In this document: in pieces, positions 28,679-38,510 of the stretch
How positions within the stretch are numbered: position 1 is the stretch's first letter
Layout of the letters: each line of letters begins with the position of its first letter
NCBI GenBank assembly: GCA_900542055.1
Contig: UQMA01000004.1
Coordinates: 6,955 to 70,954, forward strand
Length of the DNA: 64,000 nt
Direction of reading: 5' to 3'
DNA from: an uncultured Azospirillum sp.
GTDB lineage: Bacteria; Pseudomonadota; Alphaproteobacteria; RF32; CAG-239
The notes under the pieces: generated by a model
What the model saw: only the letters and a program-made list of their open reading frames with translations
Databases searched by the model: none
What the model was told of the DNA's origin: nothing
Made by a program: the position numbers and the translations under genes

Positions 28679-29284
28679 ATGTTTTCACTGTTCAATATGC
28701 AACAGTTTATCAGTGCTTTTGTCGTTTTGTTTGCGGTAATTGATGTTATCGGCGCTGTTCCTATTATCATCAATTTAAAACAACACGGCAAAAAAATTAA
28801 TCCTGAAAAAGCTGCTGTTTTTTCACTGTTAATGTTCTTGGGCTTTTTCTTTATCGGACAATTCTTTCTTGATTTGTTCAAACTCGATTTGTCATCATTT
28901 GCTATTGCCGGTTCTTTGATTATCTTTATTATGGCTTTGGAAATGATTTTGGATATCGATATTTTTCGCGAAGGTCCCGATACTCCGAAAGATGCGACTT
29001 TTGTGCCGTTGGTATTTCCGTTGTTGGCAGGTGCCGGATCTTTGACAACTTTAATGTCAATCCGCGCTGAATATGCCGATATAAACGTTTTGTTAGCCAT
29101 ATTGGCAAATATTGCAGTGATTTATGTTGTGGTTAAAGCCGCTAAATGGATTGAAAACAAAGTCGGACACAGCGGTATTTATGTTTTGAAAAAATGTTTC
29201 GGTATCATTTTGCTGGCGATTTCCGTAAAGATTTTTATTACCAATATAACTATTTTAATCGAACAAATTTCAAATGCCGCTTAA
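28679..29284 (+). CDS. MarC-family (UPF0056/NAAT) integral membrane protein
   Basis: 201 aa. FISAFVVLFAVIDVIGAVPIII and FPLLAGAGSLTT match the MarC family pattern. AGGAGA SD. Confidence 0.8.
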   Translation: MFSLFNMQQFISAFVVLFAVIDVIGAVPIIINLKQHGKKINPEKAAVFSLLMFLGFFFIGQFFLDLFKLDLSSFAIAGSLIIFIMALEMILDIDIFREGPDTPKDATFVPLVFPLLAGAGSLTTLMSIRAEYADINVLLAILANIAVIYVVVKAAKWIENKVGHSGIYVLKKCFGIILLAISVKIFITNITILIEQISNAA

Positions 29285-29349
29285 TTTAATCTCTTGATAT
29301 TTGTCCGATTAAATCCTAAATTTAGGGTTGTCGGAAAGAGGTTAATATA

Positions 29350-29805
29350 ATGGAAAATAATTTACCAGAATTGCGTGACATTCATCTTCCGGCCGAAGGG
29401 GTATCCCTTTGGCCGTTAGCTTATGGATGGTGGCTGCTTGCTTTGCTGGTGATACTGCTGGCTGTTTTTGCAGTGATGTACAAAATATGGAAATTGAAAA
29501 GCAAAAAGCATTATGCTTTAAATATGTTGGCAAGTTTAGATTTAAAATCTTCCGGAGCTGCGGTTGAGTTATCTGAAATTTTGCGCCGTATTTGCCTTTG
29601 CAAATATCCGCAGGCTGCTGCTTTATACGGCAGAGAATGGATAGTTTTCCTCAATAATCATTGTCAAAGGGCCAAACTTGATGATTCGGTTTCGCAATTA
29701 TTGATTAATGCTCCGTATATTAACCCTTCATCAACCGTTTATAATTTGTCTGATGTGGAAAAATTACGTTCTTTTTGCAAAATTTGGATAGGAGAAAATT
29801 TATGA
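29350..29805 (+). CDS. DUF4381-like membrane protein (first gene of the Bat cluster)
   Basis: 151 aa. LRDIHLP..VSLWPLAYGWWLLALLVILLAVF is followed by a soluble domain. Its stop overlaps the batA ATG (ATGA). Confidence 0.65.
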   Translation: MENNLPELRDIHLPAEGVSLWPLAYGWWLLALLVILLAVFAVMYKIWKLKSKKHYALNMLASLDLKSSGAAVELSEILRRICLCKYPQAAALYGREWIVFLNNHCQRAKLDDSVSQLLINAPYINPSSTVYNLSDVEKLRSFCKIWIGENL

Positions 29806-30809
29806 TTGTTTTAGCTTATCCATGGCTCTTGTTAATTGCATTTCTTCCTTTTATTATTCATAAATTTTTTCCGCCGGTTAAAGGGCTGTACGGAGACGCT
29901 TTAAAAGTTCCTTTTTTAAAGGATATTATAAGAATTAACAATCTTTCAGGTTCTTTATGGAAAAGTCCGCTGATAGGCAGGGAAAAAAGCAAAAGATGGT
30001 TTTTGCTTTATTTGGTTTGGCTGTTTTTGACGGTGGCGGCTTCCCGTCCGCAAATCGTAAGCGATCCGATGCCGTTGAAGAATTACGGGCGCAATATTTT
30101 TATGGTTACGGATATTTCAAATTCTATGCAAACTCCTGATTTTTCTTATCAAGGAAAAAGAATTGACCGCCTGACGGCTATAAAAATTGCAGCAAGCAAT
30201 TTTATACGCGAACGCCGAAATGACCGTATTGGCTTAATTCTTTTCGGCACACGTGCATATTTGCAATCTCCGGCTACATTTGATAAACAAGCCGTGCTTG
30301 ATATTTTGCTGTCTGCTGATGCAGGTATGGCAGGAAATTCAACCGCAATAGGCGATGCCGTCGGTTTGGCCTTAAAAACATTACGTGCTGAGCAGTCGTC
30401 CGATTCTGGAAAAATAATTATATTGCTTACTGATGGCGAAAACAATGATGGCAGTTTGAGTATGCCTGAAGTTATAAAAATCGCCAAAACTGAAAATGTT
30501 AAAATTTATACAATAGGCATCGGTTCTGAAAATCAAATTATCGACACTTTCTTTGGCATAAGAATTCCTCAAACCGATGCTATTGATGAAACGGATTTAC
30601 GTCAATTGGCGAATGAAACCAAAGGAAACTATTTTAGGGCTTCGGATACTAAGGGATTGCAGCAAATTTATCAAGAAATCGACAGTTTGGAACCAAGTTT
30701 GAATGAAGACCGTTTTGTTCAGGAACGTAAGGATTTATTTTTCTATCCTTTGGCGCTTGGATTGATTGTAAGTTTCATGTTTTTAAGATGGCAGAAAAGG
30801 AGGGCTTAA
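29802..30809 (+). CDS. batA: VWA-domain aerotolerance protein BatA
   Basis: The start is at MIVLAYPWLLLIAFLPFII. The VWA MIDAS motif reads FMVTDISNSM, and ILLTDGENN follows. A C-terminal TM segment is present. Confidence 0.8.
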   Translation: MIVLAYPWLLLIAFLPFIIHKFFPPVKGLYGDALKVPFLKDIIRINNLSGSLWKSPLIGREKSKRWFLLYLVWLFLTVAASRPQIVSDPMPLKNYGRNIFMVTDISNSMQTPDFSYQGKRIDRLTAIKIAASNFIRERRNDRIGLILFGTRAYLQSPATFDKQAVLDILLSADAGMAGNSTAIGDAVGLALKTLRAEQSSDSGKIIILLTDGENNDGSLSMPEVIKIAKTENVKIYTIGIGSENQIIDTFFGIRIPQTDAIDETDLRQLANETKGNYFRASDTKGLQQIYQEIDSLEPSLNEDRFVQERKDLFFYPLALGLIVSFMFLRWQKRRA

Positions 30810-30811
30810 AA

Positions 30812-32596
30812 ATGATTGAAGCTTTAATTAATTTTCATTTTCTTCGCCCCTGGTGTTTATTGCTGTTGTTTGTTCCGCTATTCTTATACAGGTATTTTTT
30901 TTCAGGTTATAAAAGTGTATCTGCATGGGAAAATGTTTGTGATAGAAATTTGTTGAATTTTCTTTTAATAAAAGGAAGTTCAAAACAGCGAAGCTTTATC
31001 GGCTATATGCTTTTTGCGGGATTGTGCGGAGCAATAATCTCATTATCAGGACCGTCTTGGAGCAAAAAAAATATTCCTGCCTATGTCCCTTCAAATCCGG
31101 TAATGCTTTTGCTTAATATGTCCTCTGATATGGATAACGGCGATGTTACACCTGATCGGTTATCCCGTGCTAAATTTGCAATTAAAGACTTTTTGCAAAA
31201 CTTAAAAACACAAGCCGGTTTAATTGTATATAGCAATGAGCCTTATTTAATTACGCCTATATCCGAAGATAGAAATATTATTATTAATTTATTGCCAGCT
31301 GTGCAAAGAGATATTATGCCTGAAAACGGTGACAGGCTTAACCGTGCGATTGATTTTGCCGTTGAGAGGTTAAAAGAGGGAGAATATACACAAGGAAATA
31401 TAGTCATTTTTACGTCCGATATTGGTCAGGAATTTAATTTAGCGCTTGAAGCTGCTATAAAAGCAAAAAAAACAGGCTATATGGTTGATGTTGTCAGTGT
31501 GCGGAAAAGTCCAAACGATAAATTGGTTATGCTGGCTTCAAAGGGGCAGGGACGATATTTGGAAATTAACCAGCTTAAAGCCTTCGCAGAGAGTATAAAT
31601 GCTGAAATATCCGAAGATTTTCAACAAACTGAAAATGAAAGAGAGGTATGGGAAGACGGAGGATATTATTTGTTGTTTATACCATTGTTGTGTTGTTTAT
31701 ATTTTTTCAGACGCGGTATTTTGGTTTTGTTTTTTTGTTTTATTTTGCCGGTAAATGCTTTTGCCGGATTCTTTACAAATAATAATCAGGATGCTGAAAA
31801 AGCTTTTAATTCCGGAAACTATGCTGTTGCAGCCGAAAAGTTCAATCAGCCTGATTGGAAAGCTTCAGCTTTGTATCGTCAGGGCAAATATGCCGAGGCG
31901 GCGAAATATTATCAAACGGGAAAAGATGTTGACGCATTGTACAATAGAGGAAATGCTTTAGCTAAAAGCGGAAAAATTGAAGATGCCATTAAAATTTATG
32001 AGGAAGTTATAAAACAAAATCCCGAACACAAAGATGCAAAATTCAATCTGGACTATTTGAAAAATCAACAAAATAAACAGCAAAGCCAACAGCAGAATAA
32101 CAAAAATCAGGATAAGAAAGACAAAGGCAAATCTGAAAGTCAAAATCAACAAGATAATAGCGGGCAGTCTTCAGAGCAGGAAAATTCTGCGGAAAACAGT
32201 CAGAGTGAAAATGCTGATAATAATCAAGACAATGCCGCGGACAGTTCTTCCGAAAACGAAAAGTCTGCAGAAAATGCTTCTGAAAATAACGGCACCGGAG
32301 AAAACAAAAAAGAAGATGGTTCTGAAAACCGCCAACAAGCTCAGTCTTCATCTGATGATAACAGACAATCGGACAACAGTTCTGAAACTCAAATTCCTTC
32401 AGGTTCGGAAGCAGATGAAAAAGATGAAAACGACGCGCAAGGAACTGCAGGGCAGAAAAATGACGAAAAAGGCGATTTTGATGAGCAGCGTCAGGCGCGT
32501 GAGATGGTTTATCGCAATATTCCCGAAGATACGGGAGGGCTATTGCGTGCATTTATCCGCAAAGAATATTATAAAAACAGATATGGAGATAAATAG
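30812..32596 (+). CDS. batB: VWA + TPR aerotolerance protein (BatB/BatC-like fusion) with a ~150-aa Q/N/S/D/E low-complexity tail
   Basis: The start is at MIEALINFHFLRPWCLLLL (AAGGAGGG SD). The VWA region reads MLLLNMSSDM. TPR-like repeats read YRQGKYAEAAKYY, YNRGNALAKSGKIEDAIKIYEEVI. The ending LLRAFIRKEY.. is typical. Confidence 0.75.
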   Translation: MIEALINFHFLRPWCLLLLFVPLFLYRYFFSGYKSVSAWENVCDRNLLNFLLIKGSSKQRSFIGYMLFAGLCGAIISLSGPSWSKKNIPAYVPSNPVMLLLNMSSDMDNGDVTPDRLSRAKFAIKDFLQNLKTQAGLIVYSNEPYLITPISEDRNIIINLLPAVQRDIMPENGDRLNRAIDFAVERLKEGEYTQGNIVIFTSDIGQEFNLALEAAIKAKKTGYMVDVVSVRKSPNDKLVMLASKGQGRYLEINQLKAFAESINAEISEDFQQTENEREVWEDGGYYLLFIPLLCCLYFFRRGILVLFFCFILPVNAFAGFFTNNNQDAEKAFNSGNYAVAAEKFNQPDWKASALYRQGKYAEAAKYYQTGKDVDALYNRGNALAKSGKIEDAIKIYEEVIKQNPEHKDAKFNLDYLKNQQNKQQSQQQNNKNQDKKDKGKSESQNQQDNSGQSSEQENSAENSQSENADNNQDNAADSSSENEKSAENASENNGTGENKKEDGSENRQQAQSSSDDNRQSDNSSETQIPSGSEADEKDENDAQGTAGQKNDEKGDFDEQRQAREMVYRNIPEDTGGLLRAFIRKEYYKNRYGDK

Positions 32597-32598
32597 CC

Positions 32599-34341
32599 AT
32601 GGCTAGATTTATTCTGTGTTTTTTTACATTTTTGTTTATAAGTTTTCCGGTTTCTGCCGAAAATTTTGTGGCTAAAGTTAATCGCAATCAGGTTCCTTTG
32701 GGAGAAACGTTTGTGCTCACGCTGCAATATGACGGTAACCCTGGAAATGCAACGCCTGATTTTTCACCATTAGAAAAAGATTTTACAATCTATTCTGTCG
32801 GACGCGACTATCAACGCAGCAGTATTAATGGAAAGGTAAGCCATATCTATCAATGGAATGTAGCTTTGACCCCAAAGGTATCCGGTGTAGCCGTTATTCC
32901 TTCCATAGCTTTCCGCAGTTTTGCCAGTCAGCCTATAAAAATAAAAGTGGCTGATGAAACAATATCAGGAAGTAATGTTCCTAGATTTTCCATCGGAAGG
33001 TATATTGATAAAAAAAATCCGTTAGTTCAGGAGCAAATTATTTATACTCTGGTTATAAAAACACCAGAACAAATTCAAGGAAGCCTGCCGCAATTTTCTG
33101 ATGGAGGTTCTGATTGGATAATTAAACAGCTTGGCCAGCCGACTGAGGTTTCAGAAATAGATAACGGAATAGAGGTTCACAAGATAGAAATTAAATATGC
33201 TATGTTTCCGCAAAAAAGCGGACGCTTAACTATACCTGCATTAAATTTTAACGGCTATTATTGGGACAAAAATAAAATGAGTTCCAGAAATTTTTCAGGT
33301 ATGTTCAATGCTTTTGTGGATGAAAGTTTTCTTTCGGATTTTGGTGCAATGTCAGGAATGCAGCGTATTAATCTTTCAGCTAAACCGATTGAAGTTGATG
33401 TGCGCCCGATTCCAAACGCAAATAACGGATATTGGTGGCTGCCTTCCTCAAATATTGAAATTTCATCCGATTGGGATAAACAAATACCGCAATTTAAAGC
33501 AGGAGAGGCTGTCAATCGTAAAATTACTTTAACGGCTGTCGGCGTGTCCGAAGCACAAATGCCCAAGATAGAATTTAAGGAAACAGCCGGATTGAAACAA
33601 TATCCGGAGAAGCCGGCAATTGAAAGCATAGCCACAGACAAAGGTCTGGTTTCAGTAGTGAATGTAAATATTGTTTATATTCCCGAAAAGGGCGGGCAGC
33701 TGACAATTCCTGAAATTTCGATTCCATGGTATAATATTTCAACGGCAAAAATGGAAAAAACATTTTTGCCTGAGCTTCAAGTTCAAGTAAAAGGAGTTGC
33801 GACTGTTTCTCCTGTGATTGAAAAAGAAAATTCTGCAATAGCAGCAAAATCTCTTCCGGCTGCAGTGAAAAAAACTGATGTTAAAAATATAAGCACTGCT
33901 TCTCAGAATTTATCATTAAAACATATAATAGCTATTGCGGTAATGGCTTTTGCTTTGGGCTTGTTGGCAAGCTGGGGGCTTTTGAGCTATCATAAAAAAG
34001 AAACAAATACTCCAAAACAATCATTGCCGAAAGAAAATAAGAAAAAAAAGAATTTCCAAAGCGGAATTTACAGCAGTGATTTGAAGATTGTTCGCTGCAC
34101 GGTTTTAGAATGGGCGGAAAAAGTATACCCCGAACGAAATATTCGTAATTTGGATGATGTAGCAAAGCTTTTTAACAATGAAGAGTTGTCTTTTATCTTG
34201 CGTAAGCTCGATGCTGCTTTGTATTCGCCTTATAAAGAAAATTTTGATGCCGAAAAGCTTTTATTGCTTATGAAAAAACTAAGCCGTGAAAAAAAAGGCA
34301 GCAAAGAAAAAATATCTCCGCTGCCCGAATTGTATAAATAA
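32599..34341 (+). CDS. batD: BatD-family (oxygen tolerance) protein
   Basis: 580 aa with a signal peptide. KVNRNQVPLGETFVLTLQYDG, the repeated beta-rich domains and the late TM segment IIAIAVMAFALGLLASWGLL give the architecture of BatD. Confidence 0.75.
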   Translation: MARFILCFFTFLFISFPVSAENFVAKVNRNQVPLGETFVLTLQYDGNPGNATPDFSPLEKDFTIYSVGRDYQRSSINGKVSHIYQWNVALTPKVSGVAVIPSIAFRSFASQPIKIKVADETISGSNVPRFSIGRYIDKKNPLVQEQIIYTLVIKTPEQIQGSLPQFSDGGSDWIIKQLGQPTEVSEIDNGIEVHKIEIKYAMFPQKSGRLTIPALNFNGYYWDKNKMSSRNFSGMFNAFVDESFLSDFGAMSGMQRINLSAKPIEVDVRPIPNANNGYWWLPSSNIEISSDWDKQIPQFKAGEAVNRKITLTAVGVSEAQMPKIEFKETAGLKQYPEKPAIESIATDKGLVSVVNVNIVYIPEKGGQLTIPEISIPWYNISTAKMEKTFLPELQVQVKGVATVSPVIEKENSAIAAKSLPAAVKKTDVKNISTASQNLSLKHIIAIAVMAFALGLLASWGLLSYHKKETNTPKQSLPKENKKKKNFQSGIYSSDLKIVRCTVLEWAEKVYPERNIRNLDDVAKLFNNEELSFILRKLDAALYSPYKENFDAEKLLLLMKKLSREKKGSKEKISPLPELYK

Positions 34342-34343
34342 TG

Positions 34344-36110
34344 CTATCTGTTTTTAAATTGAGCGTTATATAAAGCTTTATAAGCGCCGTTTTCTTTGTT
34401 TATCAACTCTTCATGGCTGCCGGTTTCTACAATTTCGCCATTGTTTAAAACAACAATGGTATCAGCGTTTTGAATTGTTGACAGTCTATGTGCAATAATA
34501 AAGACTGTGCGGTCTTGCATAAGATTTTCAATTGCTTTTTGAACAACGGCTTCAGACTTGTTATCCAGAGCTGAGGTCGCTTCATCTAAAATAACAATCG
34601 GAGCGTTTTTAATCATAGCTCTGGCAATAGCCAGTCTTTGCCTTTGTCCGCCCGATAAAGACGAGCCTCTTTCGCCGATGTCGGTATCCAAGCCGTTTTC
34701 CTGACTGTTGACAAAATCATCCAAATAGGCCATTTGCAGAGCTTTATGTATTTCGCTTTCGGTTGCGTTAGGCTTTCCCAGCAATATATTTTCGCGAATA
34801 GTGCCTGAAAACAAAAAGTTATCTTGAAAAACAACGGCAATGCTATCTCTTAACGAGCTGAGTTTATAGTTTCTAATGTCAATGCCGTCGATGGATATGC
34901 TTCCGGCTGTAACATCGTAAAAACGGGGAAGCAGATTTACGATTGTGGTCTTTCCGCCGCCGGAATTTCCAACCAAAGCGATGGTAGAGCCGGCTTTTAT
35001 GTTCAAATTGATTTTTTTCAAAACTTTTGTTTCCGGTAAATATCCGAATTCGACATCTTTGAAAACAATATTTTGATTAACGTTCTTTAATTTTTTTGCG
35101 TTGTCACTGTCAACAATAGTCGGTTCGGTGTTAAGAATTTCAACTATTCTTTCAATGGCTAAAAATGAAACCTGAACGTTATTGAAATTTTTACCGATAC
35201 CTTTAATCGGAGTATAGAGCATAATTAAAGCGGTAATAAAAGATACAAAATTTCCAGATGAAATTGTGCCGTTGACAATCAAATAGCTTCCGTATCCGAT
35301 AACGCCGCCAACGCCTATTGAAACCACAATATGCATCATTGGCGTCATCCAACCGGTTTTTTTAACCATTTTCATTGTCAATTTGAATAAAGAACGCAGA
35401 ATGTCGTTGAAACGATTATACATCTTGTCTTGCAGATTATAAGAAGCAATGGTTTTGCTCCCGGCGTAACTCTCGTTGTAATGAGTGATAATTGTCGATG
35501 ATTCTTCAATAGTATTTTTTATAATGCCTTTGATACGCCTCCGCACTTGTGATAACGGCAGAAGAGCGCACAACAGAACAATAACGGCGATAATAGCCAG
35601 CTGCCATGAATTATAAATGAGAACGGCAATCAGAGAAACGGAAGAGAAAAAACGTGAAACAAACAATTTCAAGTTATCCAGCAAGCCTGTGCAAGCCGTG
35701 TCAGCATCGGTTGTAAAGCGCTGAAGCACATAACCGGAAGCATTGCGATCATAAAAAGCGGGTTCCAAACTCATTAATTTTTTGAATAAAGCTCTTTTAA
35801 GGTCATGATTTATTTTGGTTCCGACCCAGGTATTCAGATAGGTGGCTGCATAATTCAAAAAACCTTGTACGGTGGTAAAAGCAATAATCAGTACGGGGAT
35901 ATAAGCAGGTGACGTGGCTGATTTGTCAACCAATACATTATCCATATAAGGTTTTAAAGCCAAAGCAATAACTGAATCCAAAGCCCCGACAGGAATACAA
36001 ATCAAAATCGCCAGCAAGGCTCTTATCCAATACGGTTTTACAAATGGCCACATTTCACGATAGTGCTGGGTAAAATTCATTTCTTTACCAACGAATTCAT
36101 TATGTTTCAT
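34344..36110 (-). CDS. ABC exporter, fused permease/ATPase (MsbA-like lipid/multidrug exporter)
   Basis: 588 aa with six TM segments. Walker A reads GNSGGGKTT, the signature reads LSGGQRQR, and Walker B reads IVILDEATSALD. An alternative start is at M11. Confidence 0.85.
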   Translation of the reverse strand: MKHNEFVGKEMNFTQHYREMWPFVKPYWIRALLAILICIPVGALDSVIALALKPYMDNVLVDKSATSPAYIPVLIIAFTTVQGFLNYAATYLNTWVGTKINHDLKRALFKKLMSLEPAFYDRNASGYVLQRFTTDADTACTGLLDNLKLFVSRFFSSVSLIAVLIYNSWQLAIIAVIVLLCALLPLSQVRRRIKGIIKNTIEESSTIITHYNESYAGSKTIASYNLQDKMYNRFNDILRSLFKLTMKMVKKTGWMTPMMHIVVSIGVGGVIGYGSYLIVNGTISSGNFVSFITALIMLYTPIKGIGKNFNNVQVSFLAIERIVEILNTEPTIVDSDNAKKLKNVNQNIVFKDVEFGYLPETKVLKKINLNIKAGSTIALVGNSGGGKTTIVNLLPRFYDVTAGSISIDGIDIRNYKLSSLRDSIAVVFQDNFLFSGTIRENILLGKPNATESEIHKALQMAYLDDFVNSQENGLDTDIGERGSSLSGGQRQRLAIARAMIKNAPIVILDEATSALDNKSEAVVQKAIENLMQDRTVFIIAHRLSTIQNADTIVVLNNGEIVETGSHEELINKENGAYKALYNAQFKNR

Positions 36111-36121
36111 ATTTTATAATC

Positions 36122-36577
36122 CTAAATAAAGTGCAGATATTTTAAAATGCCGTAAATCAATAAGGCTTCGACAAACATTAGAGCCCAGAAAAAAGCCTGA
36201 TAGCTGCGTTTTTTGTTTTTATGATGAAAAATTTTCTGTCCGAGAAGAGCGCCGCACCAACCGCCGAGAAACTCCAAACTATGCAATTGAGCTTCGGGAA
36301 TTCTCCAATCACCTCTTTGAGCGGCTTTTTTATCTACTCCATAAGCAATAAAAGTAACAAAATTGATTGAAATTAAATGCAATACAATAAAAACGAGTAA
36401 AACACTGCGCCATTTTGTAATAAAAACCGGAAGCGGAATATCGGCAAAATAAGATGTTTCGATATACCATGCGGCAGCAACAACCAATCCTAAATGCAAC
36501 ATATAGAAATTATTGCGGCGCAAAGGCTGAAACAGAGCCGGTAAAACAATTAAAACCGCTGCAATCATCAGAACCAT
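36122..36577 (-). CDS. DUF1294-domain membrane protein
   Basis: 151 aa. FIAYGVDKKAAQRGDWRIPEAQLHSLEFLGGWCGALLGQKIFHHKNKK is the DUF1294 core. Confidence 0.75.
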   Translation of the reverse strand: MVLMIAAVLIVLPALFQPLRRNNFYMLHLGLVVAAAWYIETSYFADIPLPVFITKWRSVLLVFIVLHLISINFVTFIAYGVDKKAAQRGDWRIPEAQLHSLEFLGGWCGALLGQKIFHHKNKKRSYQAFFWALMFVEALLIYGILKYLHFI

Positions 36578-36734
36578 AGACTTGTCCTTTTGAAGTTAAA
36601 ATTTCAAAGCAATATAAAACATAAAATCTTCTTTTGCAATATAAGCTAAAATTTTGTTTAATAAGTTGCAAAAAACTGATTGTGATGTTATAAAACATAC
36701 CTATGTTCTATTTTTAATAAAAACGGGATAAAAT

Positions 36735-37307
36735 ATGAAACGGCTGTATATTATGCCATTGTTGGCAATTTTATCTGCGTGCGCCAGCGGAAGTATTTTC
36801 GGGAATAATCCGTCCGATTCTGTTGAGCCGCAACAAGAAAATGTTATAAAACAAACGAATGAAAAACAAGAAATTCGTCCCGATTATGCGCCTTATTATC
36901 TTGGTCGGAAGCAAGGAACAACCACACGCCAGATATACACGGTTTTAGCATCGCGGGCTACAAACAAAATGCTGAAATCGACAGAGGCTTTGTATGCTGG
37001 AGCTAAGTATCCGTCATTGTATGTGGGCAATCCTGTCAGCGAGGGAACGGTCGCCGTCGAACAACCGGAATATTTAACGGCGATAGTTAAAGATATTGTT
37101 ACAGGTTCACACAGTTATGTTTTGTCTGATAAAAAAACACAAGCAAACTACGTGCTTGAAAGCTTTATCAGCAACAATTCTGTGGCAGCCGCAAATACAA
37201 AAGTTATTGTCTATAAAATTATCTTAAAAGACAATCAGCAAAAAGAAATTGGAACATGGGTTGAAACATTAAGCCCTATTATGAATGATGATCAGAGTTG
37301 GTGGTAA
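36735..37307 (+). CDS. Lipoprotein with an LpoB/COG3417-like C-terminal pattern
   Basis: The lipobox reads LAILSAC. NKMLKS..SLYVGNPVSE..ANYVLESFISNN..VIVYKIILKDNQQKEIGTW parallels E. coli LpoB (SKML..LLVDSVNNRT..AHYVLYSSASGN..LQMQLMLVQTGEIIW) by eye only. Confidence 0.5.
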   Translation: MKRLYIMPLLAILSACASGSIFGNNPSDSVEPQQENVIKQTNEKQEIRPDYAPYYLGRKQGTTTRQIYTVLASRATNKMLKSTEALYAGAKYPSLYVGNPVSEGTVAVEQPEYLTAIVKDIVTGSHSYVLSDKKTQANYVLESFISNNSVAAANTKVIVYKIILKDNQQKEIGTWVETLSPIMNDDQSWW

Positions 37308-38510
37308 ATGAAAAAAAGACTTTTGATAACTTCGGCGCTGGCAGCGCTGATTCCATTTCAGGCAATTGCCGATGACGATGTTGTAAAGGTTTCGGGCTCG
37401 GCTTGTGAAATTTTCAACAACGGACAGTCAAAATCAAGTGTGCGCGTTCGAGTAACGGATAAGGCAAGCTATAACGCCGTTAGCCAAATTCCGTCGCTGG
37501 CGGAATTGCGTTCGCAGATGTTAGAGCATGATTATAACGTTATTGTCTATAATCTGGTAGACAACTATGTTCAGAATATGTCTGTCAGAACAACCAGTCA
37601 GGATAATAATGAGCTTTGCGTTGAAGTAACGGGCGCTATTCCTGCAGCCGACATTGTGACAGTTATCGCCAATTATTCTCCGGCTAATCCGGCTCCGGAG
37701 TATGATTTTAAAAAAGCCAATGGAATTATTACGGAAAAGGCTGAGCCGTTCAAGGAAAACAAACCTTCCGAGGCAGCCGTTATGTATAATGGTCCGAAAG
37801 AATTTGATAAAATAGCTGAACCCAGCAAAGCTGAAATAGCCTACCAACCCGAGCAAGAACCTCAACCTCAAGTTCAGGCGGCTGAAGAAAAAGAAGTTTT
37901 ACCTAAAGCTCAAAAAATAGCGGCTCCGGCTGTTTATGTTCCTGAAGATAATGATGTAGTACCAACCGATTCCAGTGTAATAAATCAAGAACCGACACCA
38001 ATAGAATTGGATAAACCTAAAATTGAACCAAAACCAGAACCGGTTATAGAAGAACCGGTTATAGAAGAACCGGCTAAGGCATTAATTTATATTGCTCCGG
38101 TCGAATTTAACAACAATACGCATACTTCTAAACCTTTGGGCGTTTTAAAAGAATTTTTTGCCAATGAAGATTTATATACTTTATTAGATAATCCTGATGG
38201 CGCAGATTATACAATTTCTTCAAAAGTGCTTAAAGCAAAAATAGATTCAGTTAACCAAAAGACCAAAAGAATGCAAATGGTAGTGTCAGTTGAATTGAAA
38301 ATAAACGGAGCTGACGGTTCTATCAGCGATCATCAAAATCGCTTTGTTTTGTTTGACAGTTCCGAAAACGAACAAGAAGTTGCAATGAATCTCTTAAAGA
38401 AATTATTGCAAAAATCAGGCGAAAAATTGATTGCCCGTGTTGAACAAAATGAAAGCAAACGGGCTGACCGCCCGTTCCTCATTCCGGCTAAATCTTCGTC
38501 CGGTCTTTAA
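37308..38510 (+). CDS. Secreted 400-aa protein: N-domain, Pro/Glu-rich spacer, second LpoB-like C-terminal domain
   Basis: The signal peptide reads MKKRLLITSALAALIPFQAIA. The spacer reads QPEQEPQPQ..KPKIEPKPEPVIEEPVIEEP. The C-terminal LIYIAPVEFNNNTHTS..ADYTISSKVL..MQMVVSVELKINGADGSI repeats the pattern of the upstream lipoprotein. Its ATG abuts the upstream stop (TAAATG). Confidence 0.55.
   Translation: MKKRLLITSALAALIPFQAIADDDVVKVSGSACEIFNNGQSKSSVRVRVTDKASYNAVSQIPSLAELRSQMLEHDYNVIVYNLVDNYVQNMSVRTTSQDNNELCVEVTGAIPAADIVTVIANYSPANPAPEYDFKKANGIITEKAEPFKENKPSEAAVMYNGPKEFDKIAEPSKAEIAYQPEQEPQPQVQAAEEKEVLPKAQKIAAPAVYVPEDNDVVPTDSSVINQEPTPIELDKPKIEPKPEPVIEEPVIEEPAKALIYIAPVEFNNNTHTSKPLGVLKEFFANEDLYTLLDNPDGADYTISSKVLKAKIDSVNQKTKRMQMVVSVELKINGADGSISDHQNRFVLFDSSENEQEVAMNLLKKLLQKSGEKLIARVEQNESKRADRPFLIPAKSSSGL
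38037..38073 (+). repeat. Perfect 15-nt tandem repeat (2.5 copies) encoding EPVIE-EPVIE-EP
   Basis: gaaccggttatagaa (38037-38051) is repeated exactly at 38052-38066. A partial third copy, gaaccgg, follows. Confidence 0.85.

Noticed and set aside
28639-29100. 153-aa minus-strand ORF
   Set aside because: It is antisense to the MarC-family membrane gene, whose family pattern is clear. The minus-frame product is low-complexity and Lys/Ile/Asn-rich.
32043-32606. 169-aa minus-strand and 133-aa plus-strand ORFs overlapping the batB tail
   Set aside because: They are generated by the low-complexity Q/N/S/D/E-coding tract of BatB. There is no independent signal.
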